A DNA stretch of 63,768 nucleotides, the filler included, from Saprolegnia diclina VS20 (taxonomy: Eukaryota), in assembly GCF_000281045.1 (NCBI RefSeq). It is 3 parts of 2 records of this genome, joined end to end, with 100 filler letters (N's around TTAATTAATTAA, not from the genome) between each part and the next. Parts side by side here need not be neighbours in the genome. Positions count along the whole stretch, not along the records: positions 56,588 to 63,768 come from NW_008246125.1; 2 more parts are not named here. The stretch is one strand, 5' to 3'. A program made the translations under genes and the position numbers. The notes under the pieces were generated by a model. That model had not been told where the DNA came from. It saw nothing but the letters and a program-made list of their open reading frames with translations, and ran no database searches. Below, piece by piece: positions 57,503 to 63,768 of the stretch. How positions within the stretch are numbered: position 1 is the stretch's first letter; the number at the start of each line of letters is the position of its first letter.

Positions 57503-59756
57503 TCAGTAGCCAGCGAGCGCGATGGCAAGCTCGCTGCGGTTGCTATCGTCGACGAGGACATTTTGGGCGTTGCACGCAAGCCCTTCAAAGCCGTCAAAGC
57601 ACCGACATTGGCCTGATTGGTAGTAGCACACGCCTCGCCCCGAGCACTCGTTGTAGCAGAGGTTGCCCACGGCCCCAACCGCCCCTCCAGGTGCCGCGAC
57701 ACCGCCGCAGTTGGTTTCGTCCTCTGCCGTCATAGGATCATCGCCACTCGGGCAGTGACCTAGTCAAGGCCATTTCAATTGATAAATGGCTCGTACGTTG
57801 CCGTACGCATCGAACAGTCGGCTCCAAACCACTCGGCCACGCGTGTTTGACCAGCGCCAAGCCCGACGGGCCACGACGAGTCGCAGACGCAGCCGTAGAT
57901 GCGCGTCGCATCCCACAGCTACGCGAGCCGCTGGACTTGATGGACATCATGGGATTCGTACCGAGTACGTTGTGGCACTCGCGACTGGCACGGCTGTCGT
58001 CAGCATCGCCATTTCTTGCAAACTCAAGCAGGTGCCATGCCCCGAGCAGTCGTTGGGACACGACACTAGTACTCGAATCATTCGCTACACATTTTGTATT
58101 TTGTACGTACTGCGGTCGCAGGCGCTGCCCGTGTAGCCGGGAAAGCAGTTGCACGCGCCGCTGGTGCGGTTACACGCGCCTTGGTTGCTGCATTCGACGA
58201 GCGTTGTGTGAGCAACGGTTGGCGCCGTCGGGACGTCGTTCCAAGCGAGCCCCGACGGACACGTTCCTACGCGATACCTGTCAACACCACCGAAACGGTG
58301 CACGATGAGAAAGTACGTCGCGAGCAGTCGGGGGCCGCGCCGATCGAGATATCTGTCGGGGCCCCCCACCCCGCGTTGCAAATGCACTTGGAGCTCATGA
58401 GCGTGCAGTCGCCATGTCCGCTACATTCCTTGAGGAAGTAGCAGCCGACACCGCCGATGTTGTCTGCATCTTCAATGACGTTGCCATTGCTGTCTTGGGT
58501 CGCGATTTGGTACGTGCCCACCGTGTTGAGCGGGGGCGTCGTGACGCCCGAGAGCGTAAATTGGATGCCGCGCATCGGGGCGATGGTTGTCGCACTCGTG
58601 ATCGTCAGCGTCAAGCCCGTAATGGACGCCGCGCTCGCCGCGCTGAGGCCAATCCACCCCGAAAGCGTCCAGCCAGGATTCGGAATCGCGTACCCATCCG
58701 GAAAGGTTACGAGGACCATGCCACCACTTGGGATCCGCAGCAGCGTATTGAAAAGAATCGTGGCCGACGTCGCCGTCGACGGCGTCGTTGCGAGCGTCCG
58801 GACGCGGCCAAAATACAAGTGCGACTTGATGATCGATGTACCAGGCACCGACGCAGTCTCATAGACGTTCTGCGCCGCATCGAGTGTCGAGACCGTGTAC
58901 GGCTCCCACGTCACCAAGCAAGCCTCCATGTAGTACATGTTGCAGGACGAACCCGGGTTGGTGATGCCATTAAGCGTAAAGCCGTACGTTCCTGGCGCCA
59001 ACGCAAAGGCGCCAATCGTGACGGTTGCCTAGTTTACGATATAGCTGAAAAGACATGGAGAGGCTATATCGAACCGACGACGACGTCGAAGTGAGCGCGG
59101 TTGTCGTGGCCGCAAATCCTGTCTGGAACGTCAGCTGTGTGGGTGCGACCGCAAAGCGTGACGGAAACACTACGCGGAAGCTGGCGCCGATCGGAAGCGT
59201 CAGGAACGTTGTGATCGAAAGCGTGCAAAGGGATGTGACACTCGCGGTCGTGTTGGCCAGCGTCACCGTGGCAACGAGCGGGGCGCCGACTGCTATGACG
59301 GCGCCACCGCCGCCGCTGCCAGACTCGAGCACCACCGACACTGCGTTCAAGCTGGTAATCGTAAAGGCGGCGAGCGTCGAGGCACCTACGTCATGTATAA
59401 GTGAGAAATAGCATGCGCGGGGTACCAGGGTTGGTGATGCCATCGACGGTAAAGGTGACGACGCCAGCCGCAACAACCGACGTCGCGACGGTCACGATGA
59501 GCGTCGTGCCAGCTTTTGAGACGGCGCTCGCACCGTCGATGCCAACGCCGTCCGAGAGCGCGGTCGGCGCAAGGACAAAGCCGGTTGGAAATGCTACTTG
59601 GAGCTTTCCGCCGATCGGGATCGCCATTGACGTTGTGAGTGCCACGTCAGCCAGTGTGACAGTGCCGGCGCTGGTGCTGTGCAGATCCACGCTAATGCCG
59701 GTTATCGCGCCCGCGCAGACGTGGACGAGCGCGGCCAGCGCTAGAAGGGCGTACAT
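57503..59756 (-). CDS. Secreted multi-exon EGF-like protein, stramenopile mastigoneme/SIG-like, with N-terminal beta-rich repeats
   Basis: Signal peptide MYALLALAALVHVCAG; three repeats with IP.GG...V.FP.G...GITNP; then CSGHGDC, CPSGLAW.DVP....AH...ECSNQGACNR, CPSGDDPMT, ECSGRGVC...GQCRCFDGFEGLAC. Confidence 0.78.
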
Positions 59757-59840
59757 GCTGGTGCCGTTTCAAGATCGCAAAACACAAAATGATGATGCAA
59801 ACAAAATCTTACACGTGCGTTTTGAACTAAGACTGTGGAC

Positions 59841-61260
59841 TTAAGGGCGCGGCTGCGTCTTGGGCAGCGCGTCGTTGAGCGACTGCGTGCCCCAAGCGTT
59901 GCCGGCGGGCCGAGCGGCAGGCTGACCCCACGCGCCCGTGGCTGCCGGCTGCGGCGCCGCCTGCGCGGCGGGCTGACCCCACGCACCAGTCGCCGCCGGG
60001 ACGTCGTTGGACGCTTGGTTGCTGGCCGGACGCGCACCCCATGCGGGCGCACCAGAGGGGGCCGACGGCTTCCACGTGCCGTTCTGCGGCGCGGGCGTCA
60101 GCGGGACCTTGGCACGCGTCGCCTTGCCGCGGATGATGGCCTGGATCTTGGACGCGGCCTGCTCCTCCGTCAACGGGCAGGCTTCCGGGAACGACGAGCC
60201 AATCTTAGCGCTACACACTCGATAAGATTCCTGCAGCTTTCAGACAGGCGAGAAGACGACGTACTGCTCGCCACGACCGATCGAGAAGCACTTGACAATG
60301 ACCTTATACGGGCCGAGGTCGACTTCGTTGAGCTCCGTGCCGTTGAGGAAGCACATTGTGTAGAGCGCCATCTCAAACTCGGGGCTCACGCCAATCAAAC
60401 TACACAAGATTGTGAGATGCGCTTGTCGAGCTGCATGGAATACCTCGTCGAGACAGGCTTGACCTCCTTTTCCCAGGCGAACTGGAGCGTGATGAGCTGC
60501 TCGTACTCGTGCGGCTCCATGACCGAGCGACCGCGCTGCTTGGGCTTGATGTACCCGAGGTAGTCGAGGCGGCCGGCCTTCTCTTCAAGGTACATTTGGA
60601 TCCAGTTGTGGAAACCCGTGACTTGATGGTCTTTGACCTCGCCGATGAAGACGTGCTCAAAACCCGACGAGTCATTGGCGACTTCACGGCGGTAGAGCCC
60701 GAACCACATCTCGTGGAGCTTGCGCTTGAACGCGTCCATGTTGCCGCTAAACTTGCGGTTGCCCTGGAGCCACCTACGTCATCACATGTCAGTGCCTGAT
60801 GATGATACACGCGCTGTATCGTCGTACGCAAGCGCATATTTCATGACGCGTGTCTCGCAGATCGCGTTGATGAAGAGCTCGTTCTCGCGCAGCTCTTGGC
60901 GGGTCACGGTCTCGGCAACGCCCGTCTACGCACAGCATTCCATGAGCCCATGCACGTAGCAGTTTGGTCGTACGTCGCGCTCGTAGTTGTCGAGGAGGTC
61001 AATAAAGAGCTTGAACGTCTTCTTCTGGAGCGCCTTGGGGTCCACAAACTTGAAGAGGTTGTCGGGCGCCATGTCGCCTTGCTGGTACGGCGACTTGCCC
61101 TGCTGGAGGTTGATCTCATAGTCGTCGCTGGGCACAAGACGGTTGTCGTCGAGGGTCCAGAGCTTGGTGCAGGCCTCCGAGAGGCTCTTGAGTTCCGAAG
61201 CTACAGGAAGACTAGCGTGAGCGTCCATCGCCTCCAACTGCGCCTACGGGTCGGGTTCAT
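59841..61260 (-). CDS. ENDOU: EndoU/XendoU uridylate-specific endoribonuclease with C-terminal IQ motif and WG-repeat tail
   Basis: LWTLDDNRL, LLDNYE, SSGFEHVFIGE, GFHNW, DYLGY, KPVS, GVSPEFEMALYT. Introns 61201-61247, 60926-60973, 60774-60827, 60400-60443 and 60211-60264. The last exon has AASKIQAIIRGKATR and four AWG motifs. Confidence 0.9.
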
Positions 61261-61500
61261 CGTGCTGCGGACGTCGAGGACAAAGCAAGTATGAGGCTTG
61301 CAACCACGTGCACTCTGCCGCTTCCAAGATCAGCCAATGGCATCGCGTCGAACGCCAGGCGCCACGTTGCAGTACATTCCTTTTGCAATGTACGATCGCA
61401 TAATGTAATCCAGCTGTACATTCAGTGTACGGCGAGATGGACGTACATCACCGTACACGCCATCTTATAGCTGCGTGGAGATTCAGTGATAAGAGACGCG

Positions 61501-61795
61501 ATGTGCAGCCGAACGACGTGTGGCGTGTGCCAGAAGCCGACCTGGTACATCTCGCCTGCTCTCCCGGCCACGTACCACGTTGCTCCTTAGGTCGGGCTGC
61601 GGCATGCATATTGAGAGCGCCCTCCGCGGTACCCGAGTCCAGACGGTTGGGTTGTTGTTTCATAAGGTTTTTGTAGGTGTCGACGAAGCCGACCGCTGCG
61701 CCGAGTACAAGACGGGCAAGCACAAGTCGAGCATGTTCCCGGCCATGTGCATCATCTCGGTGGTTGCGACTTTGCTGTATGTGTCGATGGCCTAG
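61501..61795 (+). CDS. 66-aa Cys/His-rich microprotein with hydrophobic C-terminal tail
   Basis: Exons 61501-61544, 61591-61628 and 61677-61795 (GT-AG introns of 46 and 48 nt) give MCSRTTCGVCQKPTWSGCGMHIESALRGVDEADRCAEYKTGKHKSSMFPAMCIISVVATLLYVSMA. Confidence 0.75.
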
Positions 61796-63768
61796 TAGTG
61801 CTAACGTAATCGGCCTCTTTCCCGCGCCGAGACAACCCGACGCGATCGAACCATAATTGATCGCATGCATTGACAGAAAGATTTCATTTGTTCCATGCAC
61901 CGAGTGTTGTGGCTGGCCGCACACTTCAATGATCGCGCCAGGAGCAGATTTCTCGGCCGCGGGCAAGCGGGCACAGCAAGCACTGCGGCTTGGGCTCGCA
62001 CGCACGCGAATTGCCACCTGCTGTCGTAAACACGTGCTGTGGCTATCACCTTTTCCCTTGCGTTCCGCATTCGAGCTCATAACCCCACGCCCCGACCCAC
62101 GTCCCATGCAGTGCTTGGGGTCAAGGGAAGCGCATCCAAAGGAGACGATGCTCTGATTCTCGTCAGCGGGCTCGAGCCCACATGGACGTGGTGTTACACA
62201 CGACACGAGCAGTTTTGGAGGACGCGCTTGGCATCGGGTCTTTCGCACCGTTCCGGATAATGCGAAGTAAAAGGTAAACATTCGGGCGAAGTGCCGTTTG
62301 ATTGGGCCCTTAACGTTTACTGGCGGATGCTCTATTGAGACTTTATATCCTGTGAAATCAAATACGGACCTTGGCTATAGGGTGGCAAAGGGGACTGCAC
62401 GACATTCTATTGCGTCGGGGCGCTCCAGGCCGCGCGGTACGCGCGGATGGCGCTGCACCGGCCACCCATGCCGGCGCCGCCGGCATCGCTTCTTCCGGCT
62501 TGGAGGCTACAAATCGCCATCTCCCTAGCATAGTCCGCTGGTGCGCGCTTGCATAGCCAACATGTGTCGCTCTGGTCAGCACAGACCACCCCACGTGCCG
62601 CTGCTGGCGGCGCGCTACCTGGTCGCCGCCACCAAGCTACCACCATCGCCTGAATGGGCGCCTACGATGCTTGCTAGTATAACATCAAGATGCGCCAGCG
62701 CGCTGATTCCGCGCCAAAGCTGCACTGCGCTGCGAGCCCTTAGCAACACAGGCACCGCCGACAAGCTGTCGAGATGCGCCTCATGCCTCCGTTGACTCCG
62801 GTATGTCGCCTTTAGACAGCGCCTTCTCGAGCGCACTCGTGTCAGTCTTATTTGTCCTTCACGAATGTAGCAATCTCATTAACTTACATACATGCAATAC
62901 TACCCAGCGGCTTCAATCGCGTCTCGTTGTCGCTTTGTCGCTCGACCTCGGCGCGCCTTCGCTGACCACGCGTTTGCTACCGGCAGCGTTTCCAGCGCAG
63001 GGCACCCGCGACGCGGGTCAACGACTCAGCTACCCAGCTATCTGCCGTGGGCAAAGATGGTCAATCTTGAAGAGCCCGGTAGCCGCGATGGACCCTTGCG
63101 CAGGTGGGCAATGCGCTACCAGAGCAACACTGATGTGAGCAAGCAAGCGCGGGCAGCGCGATGGGTGTCGCTCTACGTACCTTGTGCGATCGGCTCGCCG
63201 CCTCGGTGGTCGGCGCTGTCACGCGCGGCTTGGCGTCTTCTTGGGTGTTGCCGTGAGCGAGGGTAGAGCGGGAGGCGACGAGCGCACGGGGCTGAGCAGG
63301 AACAGCTGTGTTGAGGGGCGCAGGCTGTAGCGCTTGGTAGCAGAGGCGCGCGTCTCAGCCTCATGCGTCGCTGAGGCGACTCCCACGGCCGGTCGTGAAG
63401 CACGTCACGCCACGTGCGGCCGCCGTGGACCGCATGATGATTGCGGGATGGCCGTTCACGGCCATGGAAAACCGCTCCATTTTGTCCAATGATGTTGCAT
63501 GGATGATTGACTTGAATCTTGTATGGCCGTTGATCTGGCCCCTGGGAAATCCATCATTTTGTCCAATCAGTGCTGGCCATACAGCGCAGTACTGGCGTTT
63601 CATGCCCCGTTCTGATTGGCTGGCGTTTTACTGACCTCGCTAGTATGACGTAATCAACCAAGCGAGATTACGTAATCCAGGAAATGCCCAAGGCTGCTCA
63701 ACGCTGCTCCGCGCGCAAAAAAAGATGATAAAATAGGATCCATGATTTTCTCCCTCTCTTTTTCTATG

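Noticed and set aside
61800..63768. Many short ORFs at the right end of the window
   Set aside because: No coherent gene model. CCAAT-rich DNA near 63480-63660 suggests a promoter region, possibly for a gene beyond the window.
1..63768. tRNA, rRNA or intact transposable elements
   Set aside because: None recognised by eye; covariance-model and repeat searches were not possible.

Overview
Gene-dense eukaryotic scaffold, most likely an oomycete of the Saprolegniales (GC3-rich codons, GT-AG introns mostly 40-57 nt, oomycete-type Inr/FPR and CCAAT core promoters, a mastigoneme-like EGF protein, a TKL-type kinase tail). The taxon is inferred, not searched. The dominant feature is an 18.6 kb array of eleven intronless HSF-type (heat-shock-factor DNA-binding domain) transcription factor genes at 8063-26687. 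They fall into three subfamilies, include two head-to-head paralogue pairs, share a promoter module, and include one copy with a degenerate recognition helix. Flanking genes include SYF1, TIPIN/Csm3, Ran, a TMEM184 protein, a CE4 deacetylase, cofilin, Rab-GDI, kinesin-14, ankyrin proteins and EndoU. Manual splicing reveals genes the ORF track misses or breaks up: a 98-aa protein ending in a bL37-like KANHGKRP motif, an EndoU nuclease with an IQ motif and WG-repeat tail, a 66-aa Cys/His microprotein, a POLR1D-isoform-2-like RS protein and a CKAP2-like protein. Also present are a 1952-aa GBP/VLIG-like GTPase with a Cys-rich region and a vWA domain, a YqaJ-like nuclease with a possible mitochondrial presequence, and a FAR1-SWIM protein lacking the MULE DDE domain. 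Two 100-nt assembly gaps carry an artificial TTAATTAATTAA linker. All family calls come from motif recognition by eye; no searches were run.
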